Source: an uncultured Gammaproteobacteria bacterium (lineage in GTDB: Bacteria; Pseudomonadota; Gammaproteobacteria; DRLM01). Taken from it: DNA of 64,000 nucleotides. The notes beneath the pieces are model-generated. The model saw only the letters and a program-made list of their open reading frames with translations, did no database searches and was not told where the DNA came from. The stretch spans positions 160,001 through 224,000 of the forward strand of contig CAVSNY010000002.1 of the NCBI GenBank assembly GCA_963729605.1, read 5' to 3'. Positions 21,350-30,293 of the stretch are shown here, piece by piece; the stretch's first letter is position 1; each line of letters begins with the position of its first letter. The translations under genes and the position numbers were made by a program.

Positions 21350-21433
21350 GTACGGCGCAGAGGGCGTGATGCCGGCATAAGTGCCGACGTCCGCAACGGA
21401 GACGATGCTCCATTAACTAGGGCGGAGTTGATC

Positions 21434-23755
21434 ATGGCAGAAATGACGAAACAACAGATCACCAGCGGCCGCGCCGCCGCGTTGGAGCGGCGTCGCGCGC
21501 TTTCAACGCAAGGCAAGGCCAGTCTGGGCGGCGCGCCCGGCGCGCAGCGGATGCGCGCTGAAGCAAGCTCCCGCACGGCTGAGGCGCCGCCGCGGGTCAG
21601 CGGTCCGGCACCCGCTTCCGCGTCCGTGCCGAAAGCGGCTGCGCACGCCAGCGGCCGCGCGCTCTCCTTGGCGCGCCGCGCGACCTTGTCGAGCAAAGGC
21701 AAGGCGGGTCTTGCGGCGAAAGAACGCACTCGCGGTGAAACCGATGTGCGTGCGCCTGAAGCGGAGCGCAGCGGTGATTGCGGTTGCGGTTGCAAGGGCG
21801 AAAAAAAGGCGGACGGCGCCAGTCCGTGCGCGGACCGTACCGAGCGGAGCGAGGGCAGCGCGCCGCAGGTGAGCAACACACCGAGCAGCGGTGGTGGGCT
21901 CAACAAGCGTTCATCGGCGGTCAATACCTTGGGGGCGGGGCGCTTGTTGTCGCAGGCGCGTCGCCAGGCCTTGGCCAAGGGCGGCAAAACGGCGCAGACG
22001 GCGTTGAAAAACGGCGGCGTCTCCGTGGCGCAGCTGGCGCGTCAAGCCCAGCCCGACGTCAGCGGGCGTGATCTGTCGCGCAGCGTGCGCGAAGAACGCA
22101 GCCGCAATGGGGCTCGCGGTCAACGCAATAGCGGGCCGGCCGGCCGCACCCGTCCCGCGCCGGCCGCGTCGCAGGACGCGCCGTGGAAAGTCGGCGCTAG
22201 TGAAACCGCCGCGGGTCAGACCGTGACCGGTAGCATCGTGGGCCGCAGCCGCAGCGTGACCGGTGACGAACCCAGCACCTGCCGCATCATCACCGGCACC
22301 GAGTACATGGGTGCGGACATCTTTCGTTCCTTCTGCAAGGCCGAGGTGGACAAGCCCCCTTTCAAAGTGGGCAAGAGTCCGACCTCGCGGGGCTTGAGCG
22401 TCACCGGCACCATGGTGGGCCGCGGCGAACGGGTCACCGGCGATGAGCCGGGCACCTGCAAGCGCGTCACCGGCACGGAATACGTCGGCGCCGATCAGGG
22501 CCAGGCCTATTGCGGCACCCCCAGCGAGCCCGCGCCGCGCAAGATCGGCATGAGCGAGACGCGCAAAGGCCAATCCGTCACCGGCAACTTGGTCGGCCGT
22601 TCCGGCAAAGTGACGGGCGACGAGGCCGGCGCGGGGCGCCAGACCACCGGCACGCAGTACATGCAGCCGGGCGACGGCAGCGTGCCGCCCAAGGTGGGGG
22701 TGACGAATACCCTGCGCGGCGGCGCGGTGACCGGCACCATGGTGGGCCGCGGCCAGCGCATGACCGGCGACGAACCCGGCAGTTGCCGCAACATCACCGG
22801 CGATGAGTACCTCGGTCAAGAGCAGTTCAAGACCTTCTGTGAGAATGTTCCGGCGCCGCAAGACGCCAAGGTCGGCGTATCGCGCACCTTCAAGGGCGAG
22901 ACCGTTACCGGTACTATGACCGGCCGCGGCGGCAAGGTGACCGGCGATGAACCGGGCACATGCAAGACCGTGACCGGCACGCCGTATGCGGGTGTCGAGC
23001 AGTACGACGCCTATTGCGATGTCGATGCCCAGCGTCAGGTGCAGTCCCGGGTGCAACGCATGATGCCCGGATCGGTGATGACCGGTTTGCAACCCGGCGT
23101 CAAAGGCAAGACGACCGGCGACGCGCGCGGCGCCCACCAGTCCATCAGCGGCACGCCGTATGGTGGCGCGGATCACGCCCAGGGCGGCGGCGACTTGGCG
23201 GCCATGCCCGGCAGTCCCGATTTTCCGCAATCCATCAGCGGCGGGGCTTCGTGGAAGGCATTCAGCGTCAGCACCCCGGCGCGTGAATCGCAGCTCATCA
23301 AACGCCAACAGGGCGCGGTGACGGGGACCAGCTACGAGCAGGGCAACATCACCGGTCCCTTCGGCATGGGCACGGGCAAAGTGACCGGCACCGAGCAATT
23401 CCGCTTCGGCGCCGGTGCCAAGGGTGCGCCCGCAATGCCGGCGCCGGAAAAGATGGAGGCCGTCGAGCAACGGTCGCGCGTCACCGGCGAAGGCATGTCA
23501 GGCGCTTCGAAGATCACCGGCGATGATTGGGATCGCGGCGATCGCGTCACCGGCACGGAAGGCCGTTCCGCCACGGGACGCAACCCCACCCGGCGCGGCG
23601 CGGTGAATACCGTCATGCCCGCCCCGCAAGGGGTCGGCCGTAGAGAGAAGGAAAAGAAGGAAAGCGTGGAGCCGCAAGTGAGCAAGGTGACCGGTTCGGC
23701 CGGCAGCTATGATCGCGGCGCCATGATCACGGTCTCGGGCGGCGCCCGGGGCTAA
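21434..23755 (+). CDS. csoS2: Alpha-carboxysome scaffold protein CsoS2
   Basis: Four N-terminal Rubisco-binding helices (GRAAALERRRALS, GRALSLARRATLS, GRLLSQARRQALA, GRDLSRSVREERS), (V/I)TG middle repeats, C-terminal ITVSGGARG. Confidence 0.97.
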   Translation: MAEMTKQQITSGRAAALERRRALSTQGKASLGGAPGAQRMRAEASSRTAEAPPRVSGPAPASASVPKAAAHASGRALSLARRATLSSKGKAGLAAKERTRGETDVRAPEAERSGDCGCGCKGEKKADGASPCADRTERSEGSAPQVSNTPSSGGGLNKRSSAVNTLGAGRLLSQARRQALAKGGKTAQTALKNGGVSVAQLARQAQPDVSGRDLSRSVREERSRNGARGQRNSGPAGRTRPAPAASQDAPWKVGASETAAGQTVTGSIVGRSRSVTGDEPSTCRIITGTEYMGADIFRSFCKAEVDKPPFKVGKSPTSRGLSVTGTMVGRGERVTGDEPGTCKRVTGTEYVGADQGQAYCGTPSEPAPRKIGMSETRKGQSVTGNLVGRSGKVTGDEAGAGRQTTGTQYMQPGDGSVPPKVGVTNTLRGGAVTGTMVGRGQRMTGDEPGSCRNITGDEYLGQEQFKTFCENVPAPQDAKVGVSRTFKGETVTGTMTGRGGKVTGDEPGTCKTVTGTPYAGVEQYDAYCDVDAQRQVQSRVQRMMPGSVMTGLQPGVKGKTTGDARGAHQSISGTPYGGADHAQGGGDLAAMPGSPDFPQSISGGASWKAFSVSTPARESQLIKRQQGAVTGTSYEQGNITGPFGMGTGKVTGTEQFRFGAGAKGAPAMPAPEKMEAVEQRSRVTGEGMSGASKITGDDWDRGDRVTGTEGRSATGRNPTRRGAVNTVMPAPQGVGRREKEKKESVEPQVSKVTGSAGSYDRGAMITVSGGARG

Positions 23756-23779
23756 CTGTAGTTAAGTGGACTGACGAAG

Positions 23780-25327
23780 GTGCTGGGTATGCAGAGCTTA
23801 CGCCGCAAAAATACTCGCAACATCTGCTGGTCGGCAGGTGCGCCGAGTGCGCGTGCGACGGTGGTTTCACCGGCGGCCGCACCTTCGTCTTATTTTGCCA
23901 CGCCCAATTCTGATCGAGCGGCGCACCCCTTGACGCGTCACTCGGAAAACGAGCGTCTTCACGCTTACGAACGTTGCGTCAAGGGCGCCTTCGACGACAT
24001 CGTGCCGACGCTGCGGGAAATCTCCGCGCTGCAACATGAGGCGGACTTCGAAGCCCGCGCGCAACGCATTGCCCAGGAACGTTTCGGCTGTGAATTTCCG
24101 CCGGAATTATTGCGCAGCGCCTGGGTGAAGGGCTTGGATATGCGCGCCTTGTACGCCTATATCGTCTTCGAGTCCGCCCAAGCGATGGCGGAAGATTTTT
24201 TCACCAATGACCCCTTGGCGGGTGCGTGCAGCGAGGCCTTCGAGAAGTTTCTTCAAGCCTGCGGTTTTCACGCCCTCTCCATCACGCCCTGCGCGGACGG
24301 GCGGTTGGCGCACGTCATCAGTTACGTATTGCGTCTGCCTTACGGGGTGGTGCGGCGTAAATCCTCCGCCGGGGCGACATTCGATATCGAAGAGGCCACG
24401 GAAAAATGGATACAGACCGAGTTTAGCCGCTACCGCGAAGCCAAACCCAACAGCTCCGATGCCTCGACGCGCTATTTGAAAATGGTGGTCTATCATCACA
24501 GCAGCAGCGACCCTGGGCATGAAGGTTGCGCCGCGCACGGCAGCGACACGCGCAAGGCCGCGCAAGCCGGATTGGATCGCCTGTTGGCATTCCGCACCGC
24601 GATCGAAAACAGCTTCTGCTGCGGCGCGTCCATCGATTTGCTCTTGATCGGTTTGGATACCGACAATGACGAGATCCGCATTCATATCCCCGACGCCGCC
24701 GGCAATCTTAGCTTGGAGCGCGTCATCGATGTGCGGGAAGTCTACGCGGCCACCCGCGCCCTGAGTGCCACCGAGGCCGAAGCCACGATCGAACGCCTCG
24801 TGCGCGAACGCGGCCAGGGTGGTGTCGGTGAAACCGTGCCCGGCATGCGGCGCTTCATCACGCGTCTGCTCATCAACAACATCGCCCAGGTCGATTATGT
24901 GCGCGCCTATCACGGCGACCGATATGAAGACATCGGCCATAACGAACGTTTCATCGGCGTGGGCAAGGGTTTCGAGGAAGTGCAGCTGCGCAATCTCACC
25001 TACTTCGCCTATCTCAACACCGTCGAGGAAGGCGCCAGGGATTTGGACGTGGGCGTGAAAATATTCACGGCGTTGAATATCGCCCGCGGTCTGCCCATCC
25101 CCGTGGTGGTGCGTTTCGATTACGACGGCAAGGTGCCGGGCGCGCGCGAACGCGCGGTGGCGCACTGCCAGCAAATCCGCGCCGCCGCCTATGCGCGCTA
25201 CGAGAAGCTGGTGGAAGAAGGCTGGTTGCACTGCTTGCTGATGGTGCGTGATCGCGCGGAGACCCAAGGTTTGGAAATGGTCGCCTGCTCGGTCACCGAC
25301 AAATACCGCGAACGGGGAGCGCACTGA
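23780..25327 (+). CDS. csoS3: Carboxysomal beta-class carbonic anhydrase CsoSCA
   Basis: HPLT, PCADGRL, VYHHSSSDPGHEGCAAHG Zn ligands, GHNERFIGVG, TVEEGA.DLDVG; the start could be ATG 23789. Confidence 0.96.
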   Translation: MLGMQSLRRKNTRNICWSAGAPSARATVVSPAAAPSSYFATPNSDRAAHPLTRHSENERLHAYERCVKGAFDDIVPTLREISALQHEADFEARAQRIAQERFGCEFPPELLRSAWVKGLDMRALYAYIVFESAQAMAEDFFTNDPLAGACSEAFEKFLQACGFHALSITPCADGRLAHVISYVLRLPYGVVRRKSSAGATFDIEEATEKWIQTEFSRYREAKPNSSDASTRYLKMVVYHHSSSDPGHEGCAAHGSDTRKAAQAGLDRLLAFRTAIENSFCCGASIDLLLIGLDTDNDEIRIHIPDAAGNLSLERVIDVREVYAATRALSATEAEATIERLVRERGQGGVGETVPGMRRFITRLLINNIAQVDYVRAYHGDRYEDIGHNERFIGVGKGFEEVQLRNLTYFAYLNTVEEGARDLDVGVKIFTALNIARGLPIPVVVRFDYDGKVPGARERAVAHCQQIRAAAYARYEKLVEEGWLHCLLMVRDRAETQGLEMVACSVTDKYRERGAH

Positions 25328-25575
25328 TGAGAATCTGTCAGGTTGAAAAGCCACTGGTGTCCACTAACCGCATCTCGGGTTTGGAACACAAGCTCTTGCA
25401 AGTGGTGAACGATGGCAAGACCAAATACGTGGCGGTGGACCCGGTGGGTTGCAAGCCTGGTGATTGGGTGATTTGCGTGGGCAGTTCCGCCGCGCGCGAG
25501 GCCGCGGGCAGCAAGGAGTATCCCAGCGATCTGACCATCGTCGGCATTATCGACTACTGGAACGAGGGCGTCTGA
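25327..25575 (+). CDS. csoS4A: Carboxysome pentamer vertex protein CsoS4A
   Basis: VEKPLVSTNRI...VAVDPVGCKPGDWVICVGSSAAREAAGSKEYPSDLTIVGIIDYW. Confidence 0.96.
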   Translation: MRICQVEKPLVSTNRISGLEHKLLQVVNDGKTKYVAVDPVGCKPGDWVICVGSSAAREAAGSKEYPSDLTIVGIIDYWNEGV

Positions 25576-25576
25576 G

Positions 25577-25846
25577 ATGGACATCCTGCAAGTGGTCAGT
25601 CCTTTGGTGTGTACCAGCAGGATCCCCGGCCTGGACCGCGTGGGACTGCGCGTGCTCAAGGATCGGAACGGTCAGTTGCAGGTGGCCACCGATCCGGTGG
25701 GTTGTCATCCGGGCAACTGGGTGTTCACGGCGAGCGGGTCGGCGGCGCGTTGGGCGATGGGGGACTACGCGGTCCTGACTGATCTCACGATTGCCGGGAT
25801 CATCGATCATTGGGAAGAAGAGCGGGTAAATGAAGCGGGTAAATGA
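25577..25846 (+). CDS. csoS4B: Carboxysome pentamer vertex protein CsoS4B
   Basis: LVCTSRIPGL...VATDPVG..PGNWVFTASGSAAR.AMGD..VLTDLTI.GIIDHW. Confidence 0.96.
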   Translation: MDILQVVSPLVCTSRIPGLDRVGLRVLKDRNGQLQVATDPVGCHPGNWVFTASGSAARWAMGDYAVLTDLTIAGIIDHWEEERVNEAGK

Positions 25847-25924
25847 AAAAGCGTAACTGGATATGAAGGTAGCAGCGGCGCGCTGTGTCATGAGTGTGAT
25901 TGAACTTTAACAGGAGTAATGAAG

Positions 25925-26227
25925 ATGGCTAACGAAACATACGGTATTGCATTGGGCATGATCGAGACGCGCGGCTTGGTGCCGGCGATCGAAGCGGCGG
26001 ACGCGATGACCAAGGCGGCGGAAGTGCGTCTGATTGCGCGCGAATTCGTCGGTGGTGGTTACGTGACCGTGCTGGTGCGCGGCGAGACGGGTGCGGTGAA
26101 CGCGGCGGTACGCGCCGGTGCGGACGCGTGCGAGCGCGTGGGTGACGGCCTGGTCGCCGCGCACATCATCGCCCGCCCGCACAAAGAAGTGGAGCCGATG
26201 CTGGCCCCGGCTGCCAACGTGAAGTAA
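25925..26227 (+). CDS. csoS1: Carboxysome hexamer shell protein CsoS1, copy 1
   Basis: GIALGMIETRGLVPAIEAADAMTKAAEV...GGGYVTVLVRGETGAVNAAVRAG...AHIIARPH BMC-H domain. Confidence 0.97.
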   Translation: MANETYGIALGMIETRGLVPAIEAADAMTKAAEVRLIAREFVGGGYVTVLVRGETGAVNAAVRAGADACERVGDGLVAAHIIARPHKEVEPMLAPAANVK

Positions 26228-26261
26228 ATGTTTTTAACTGGTGTTGAGACTGGAGACGACC

Positions 26262-26564
26262 ATGGCTAACGAAACATACGGTATTGCATTGGGCATGATC
26301 GAGACGCGCGGCCTGGTGCCGGCGATCGAAGCGGCGGACGCGATGACCAAGGCGGCGGAAGTGCGTCTGATTGCGCGCGAATTCGTCGGTGGTGGTTACG
26401 TGACCGTGCTGGTGCGCGGCGAGACGGGTGCGGTGAACGCGGCGGTACGCGCCGGTGCGGACGCGTGCGAGCGCGTGGGTGACGGCCTGGTCGCCGCGCA
26501 CATCATCGCCCGCCCGCACAAAGAAGTGGAGCCGATGCTGGCCCCGGCTGCCAACGTGAAGTAA
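26262..26564 (+). CDS. csoS1: Carboxysome hexamer shell protein CsoS1, copy 2
   Basis: Protein identical to copy 1; GGAG RBS upstream of ATG 26262. Confidence 0.93.
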   Translation: MANETYGIALGMIETRGLVPAIEAADAMTKAAEVRLIAREFVGGGYVTVLVRGETGAVNAAVRAGADACERVGDGLVAAHIIARPHKEVEPMLAPAANVK

Positions 26565-26598
26565 ATGTTTTTAACTGGTGTTGAGACTGGAGACGACC

Positions 26599-26925
26599 AT
26601 GGCTAACGAAACATACGGTATTGCATTGGGCATGATCGAGACGCGCGGCCTGGTGCCGGCGATCGAAGCGGCGGACGCGATGACCAAGGCGGCGGAAGTG
26701 CGTCTGATCGCGCGCGAATTCGTCGGTGGCGGTTACGTGACCGTGCTGGTGCGCGGCGAGACGGGTGCGGTGAACGCGGCGGTACGTGCCGGCGCGGACG
26801 CGTGCGAGCGCGTGGGTGACGGCCTGGTCGCCGCGCACATCATCGCCCGCCCGCACAAAGAAGTGGAGCCGATTCTGGTGCCGCCCACCAGCGGCGCGAA
26901 CGGCAACCGTCCGCAACGCAGCTGA
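26599..26925 (+). CDS. csoS1: Carboxysome hexamer shell protein with C-terminal extension (CsoS1B-like), copy 3
   Basis: Same BMC-H core with the extended tail ILVPPTSGANGNRPQRS. Confidence 0.96.
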   Translation: MANETYGIALGMIETRGLVPAIEAADAMTKAAEVRLIAREFVGGGYVTVLVRGETGAVNAAVRAGADACERVGDGLVAAHIIARPHKEVEPILVPPTSGANGNRPQRS

Positions 26926-26973
26926 TGCGCGCGCATAGCGGGCGTGCTTGAAGGCATGAGTTGAATCGGGGGC

Positions 26974-27453
26974 GTGACAGCGATGATAAACGCCAATGTC
27001 AATCCGCGGGTGTTGGGCTATTTGGGCCGCGCATTGAGTCATGAATTGTCTGCGGTGCAGCAGTACCTCACGCAATCGAAGTTGGCCGAGGCGTGGGGGC
27101 TGCTGGAAGCGGCCGGGCGCTTGCGCGATGAGGCGGCCGAGGAGATGAGGCATGCCGAACGCATCATCACACGGATGATCGCGCTCGGCGTGGCGCCCAG
27201 CGCCTCGCAACTGCGTCCCGCGCAATTGGGCGCCAATCTCGCCGAGTGTTTGCACAAGAATCATCGCGTCGAGGCGGAGGCCATCGCGCTCTACGAGGAT
27301 GCGCTGCGTTATTGTCAGCGTATCCAGGATCGCGACAACGGGGCCTTTTTCGAAGCGTTGTGGAACGAAGAACTCGCCCATGGCCGGGAAATGGCGCAAT
27401 GGTTCGCGACGGTGGAGTCGAGTGCGGCCAGCGGCAGGCGGGCATTTTTCTAG
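26974..27453 (+). CDS. Carboxysome-associated bacterioferritin-like protein
   Basis: LGRALSHELSAVQQY, EAAEEMRHA, EAEAIALY, EELAH di-iron ferritin-fold motifs; typical gene directly after csoS1. Confidence 0.9.
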   Translation: MTAMINANVNPRVLGYLGRALSHELSAVQQYLTQSKLAEAWGLLEAAGRLRDEAAEEMRHAERIITRMIALGVAPSASQLRPAQLGANLAECLHKNHRVEAEAIALYEDALRYCQRIQDRDNGAFFEALWNEELAHGREMAQWFATVESSAASGRRAFF

Positions 27454-27464
27454 CGAGGTGCGCG

Positions 27465-27725
27465 ATGAGCGAAACATGGCAAGTGCGTAAACGGCCGGCG
27501 CGCCTGGAGGGGCGGGTCGAGTTCGCGGACTATACCGCGACGCGGGATTTTCTCGATCGCTTGGCGGAGTTGTCCGAGCGCGAGCAGAGCTATCCCAACC
27601 TCAGTTTCGGCAGGACGTACGTCAATATCACGCTCGACTCGCCGGAAGAAGATGATGAGGTGAGTGAGGCGACCTGGCGTATCGCGCGGCTCATCGATGA
27701 GCTCGTGGCGGGGACGGGGGGCTGA
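27465..27725 (+). CDS. Pterin-4a-carbinolamine dehydratase-like Rubisco assembly factor (acRAF/Raf2)
   Basis: WQVRKRPARLEGRVEFADYTATRDFLDRL...YPNLSFGRTYVNIT, the PCD-like protein of alpha-carboxysome loci. Confidence 0.92.
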   Translation: MSETWQVRKRPARLEGRVEFADYTATRDFLDRLAELSEREQSYPNLSFGRTYVNITLDSPEEDDEVSEATWRIARLIDELVAGTGG

Positions 27726-27730
27726 GCATC

Positions 27731-28372
27731 ATGGCCGGTTCGTCACTGCTCATCGCCATGATGGGAAACAAAGGCGGAACCGGCAAGACCACACTGGCGG
27801 TCAATATGGCGGTGGGCCTGATGCGGCGGGCGCCGTCCGCGTTGCTGGATTTGGATCCGCAACGTTCCGCGTGGCAATGGTCGCGTATCGCCGAACGGGC
27901 CGCGCACGCGGCGCATGTCTACGAATGCCATGGCGATGTGGGCGAGGTCGTGGCGAACCTTAAAGAACGTTATCAGTACGTGGTACTGGATTGCCCGCCT
28001 TCGGTGCATGCGCGGGAAACGCGCGATGCGCTGCGTCTTTGCGATCACGCATTGGTGCCGGTGCAGCCTTCGCCGATGGACTTATGGGCTACCCTGAGCG
28101 TGGTGGAAGCGGTGAGTGCCGCGCAGCGCGAGCACCCTCGCCTCAAGGCGCGCATCGTGCTCAATCAATTGGAGGCGCAAACCGTATTGTCGCGCGATAT
28201 CCGCGCGGTGATCGACGAGGTGGGTCTGGCCGTGCTGAGCGCTGACGTGAGGCGGCGCGCGATTTATCGCAATGCCATGGCGGAAGGCAAGACTGTGTTC
28301 GATATGGGTGGCGCCGGCCGCGAGGCGGCGATGGAAATAGAGCGTTTACTGACGGAGGTCATAGCAGCATGA
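27731..28372 (+). CDS. mcdA: ParA-type carboxysome-positioning ATPase McdA
   Basis: Deviant Walker A GNKGGTGKT, DLDPQ.S, LDCPP, PVQPSPMDLWA; overlaps the small downstream partner gene. Confidence 0.88.
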   Translation: MAGSSLLIAMMGNKGGTGKTTLAVNMAVGLMRRAPSALLDLDPQRSAWQWSRIAERAAHAAHVYECHGDVGEVVANLKERYQYVVLDCPPSVHARETRDALRLCDHALVPVQPSPMDLWATLSVVEAVSAAQREHPRLKARIVLNQLEAQTVLSRDIRAVIDEVGLAVLSADVRRRAIYRNAMAEGKTVFDMGGAGREAAMEIERLLTEVIAA

Positions 28373-28623
28373 GCAAGAGCGATAAGACCAGCCAGAAATT
28401 ACTGGACTCGATACGCAAGACCAAGGCGTCGGCCGACACCCCGATGAATGCATCGCCGGATGCCGCGCCTGTCTCTGCGCCGGCGCCTGTTTTGAATGCG
28501 GCTGCCAAACAACCACCCGCGGAACAACGCTCCGCCGCGCAAGGCCAACAGCCACAGCCATCACAGCAACCTGCTGAGGAGCCGCGGCGCATCTTCAGCA
28601 GTCGGCGCGTATGGCCTGACTGA
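28369..28623 (+). CDS. mcdB: Carboxysome-positioning adaptor McdB
   Basis: Basic N-terminus, disordered Ala/Pro/Gln-rich middle, C-terminal RRVWPD typical of alpha-McdB. Confidence 0.88.
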   Translation: MSKSDKTSQKLLDSIRKTKASADTPMNASPDAAPVSAPAPVLNAAAKQPPAEQRSAAQGQQPQPSQQPAEEPRRIFSSRRVWPD

Positions 28624-28909
28624 CCACGGCGCCGTGATGCCAGCGCGGAACGCGGCCAGAGATGTGCCGCGTCGGCTGATCCCATCTGAGGTGAACACAA
28701 TGAACTAGCGGATGCGGTGGCAGCGCCATCGAAAGCCGCTGATCACCGCGCGAAATCGGGGATGTAATGACTGAGGGCTGAAATATTCAATGCTCCTTGC
28801 CTTGCTTCCGGCCAGTGGCAGGCTAGCGCCGGCACTTTGTCTCCCGTCGTAGAGAATTGAGGATCCCTGCCGTGAAGTGTTTGCTTAATAGTCAGGATAG
28901 TGGTCGCAT

Positions 28910-29932
28910 ATGTTGAGCAATTTACTCATTCCGGCGGTGTTGTTTTTTGCCTTGGGTTTTTTGGCCAGGGTTATCAAATCGGATTTGCGTTTTCCAGCTG
29001 ATTTGGCCAAGGCGCTTTCGATTTATTTGTTAGTCGCGATTGGCTTGCACGGCGGTTACGAGCTCGGCAAATCCGACCTGTTCACCGCGATCAATTCGGT
29101 GATTTGGGCGTTGGTGCTGGGCTTCGGCTTGCCACTGATCGGCTATGCCATCTTGGTATTTTCGAAGAAAGTCGATGCGATGAATGCGGCGGCGATCGCC
29201 GCCCACTATGGCTCGGTGAGCGCGGGCACGTTTCTCACCGCAGTGGCTTATCTCGATAGCTTGCACATCCCCTACAACTCTTATCCGGTCATCATGCTCG
29301 CCGTCATGGAGTCGCCGGCTATCGTCGTTGGTTTGCTGCTGGCCGCGTGGTCACGGCGTCGCTTGGCGGCGAAGCAAGGCACTCCGGCGATCACCGCCGC
29401 CAGCGCCGACGGCAATAGCAATGGTGATGAGCGTGGCCAATTGACGCATATACTGCGTGATGCCTTCACTAACGGCAGTGTCGTGTTGCTGATCGGTTCG
29501 ATGATCATCGGTGCGGTGGCGGCGCCGCAGTCCATGGCAAAAATAAAGCCCTTCATCGAAGAGATTTTCATGGGCGTGTTGTGCTTGTTTCTGTTGGAGA
29601 TGGGCATGGAAGCGGCGCGCCGGATCGGCGATTTCCGCCGCGTCGGCTTGGCCCTGGTGGCATTCGGCGTGGCGATGCCCCTGTTGGGGGGGGCGATAGG
29701 CATCTTCGTCGGGCACTCGATCCTTGGCTTCGACGTCGGCGGCACCGTGCTGGTCGCGGTGCTGGGGGCGTCGGCGTCGTACATCGCCGTGCCGCCCGCC
29801 ATGCGGCTGGCCGTGCCCGAAGCGAATCCGTCACTGTATTTGACGCTGTCGCTCGGCGTAACTTTTCCATTCAATGTCGTGTTCGGGATTCCTCTCTACC
29901 ATACCCTCACCGATATGTTGATCGGAGCATGA
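28910..29932 (+). CDS. sbtA: Sodium-dependent bicarbonate transporter SbtA
   Basis: KSDL.FP...SIYLL.AIG..GG, AAHYGSVSAGTF, MESPAIV, FLLEMG, ASASYIAVP, SLGVTFPFN. Confidence 0.93.
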   Translation: MLSNLLIPAVLFFALGFLARVIKSDLRFPADLAKALSIYLLVAIGLHGGYELGKSDLFTAINSVIWALVLGFGLPLIGYAILVFSKKVDAMNAAAIAAHYGSVSAGTFLTAVAYLDSLHIPYNSYPVIMLAVMESPAIVVGLLLAAWSRRRLAAKQGTPAITAASADGNSNGDERGQLTHILRDAFTNGSVVLLIGSMIIGAVAAPQSMAKIKPFIEEIFMGVLCLFLLEMGMEAARRIGDFRRVGLALVAFGVAMPLLGGAIGIFVGHSILGFDVGGTVLVAVLGASASYIAVPPAMRLAVPEANPSLYLTLSLGVTFPFNVVFGIPLYHTLTDMLIGA

Positions 29933-29956
29933 GCGAAACTATGACGGGGGAACGTT

Positions 29957-30265
29957 ATGCATAGGCTGCATCCAGAGAAACAGATCACGGTGATCACCTC
30001 CGACGTGCTGGAGGATCGCCTCGTCAAGCTCATCAAGCAGCGCGGCGCACGGGGTTATACGGTGTTCCGTGCTTATGGCGCCGGCACCTCCGGCGAGCAG
30101 TCGGGCATGCTGGACGTCGACACCAACATCGTTATGCACGTGATCGTTCCTTCGGCCAAATTGAGCACGCTGCTTGACGGTTTGGAAAACTTGGGGCGCA
30201 AGGGTCATCACTTGACGGTGACGGTCGCCGACGTGTCGGTGTTATGGCCGGAAAAGTTCGAGTAG
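29957..30265 (+). CDS. sbtB: P-II-like regulator SbtB
   Basis: KQITVIT...GARGYTV..A.GAG...VSVLWPEKF; immediately after sbtA. Confidence 0.88.
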   Translation: MHRLHPEKQITVITSDVLEDRLVKLIKQRGARGYTVFRAYGAGTSGEQSGMLDVDTNIVMHVIVPSAKLSTLLDGLENLGRKGHHLTVTVADVSVLWPEKFE

Positions 30266-30293
30266 CGATCTTGAGCGGCGAGAGGGCGAGCTA

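Larger units (their letters stand above)
25925..26871 (+). repeat. Near-perfect 337-bp tandem repeat made of csoS1 plus spacer
   Basis: ATGs at 25925, 26262 and 26599 are exactly 337 nt apart; the 34-nt spacer is identical at 26228-26261 and 26565-26598. Confidence 0.95.

Noticed and set aside
23000-23170. Canonical CsoS2A-generating slippery site in the last middle repeat
   Set aside because: No in-phase X XXY YYZ heptamer was found there by eye.
22180-23700. Recurring gtgaccggc/gtcaccggc motifs as a possible CRISPR or DNA repeat array
   Set aside because: They encode the VTG repeats of CsoS2; spacing is irregular and no cas genes are present.
27731-28372. Plasmid or chromosome partition ParA
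   Set aside because: There is no parB or rep gene; the partner ends in VWPD and sits in the cso locus, so this is McdAB.
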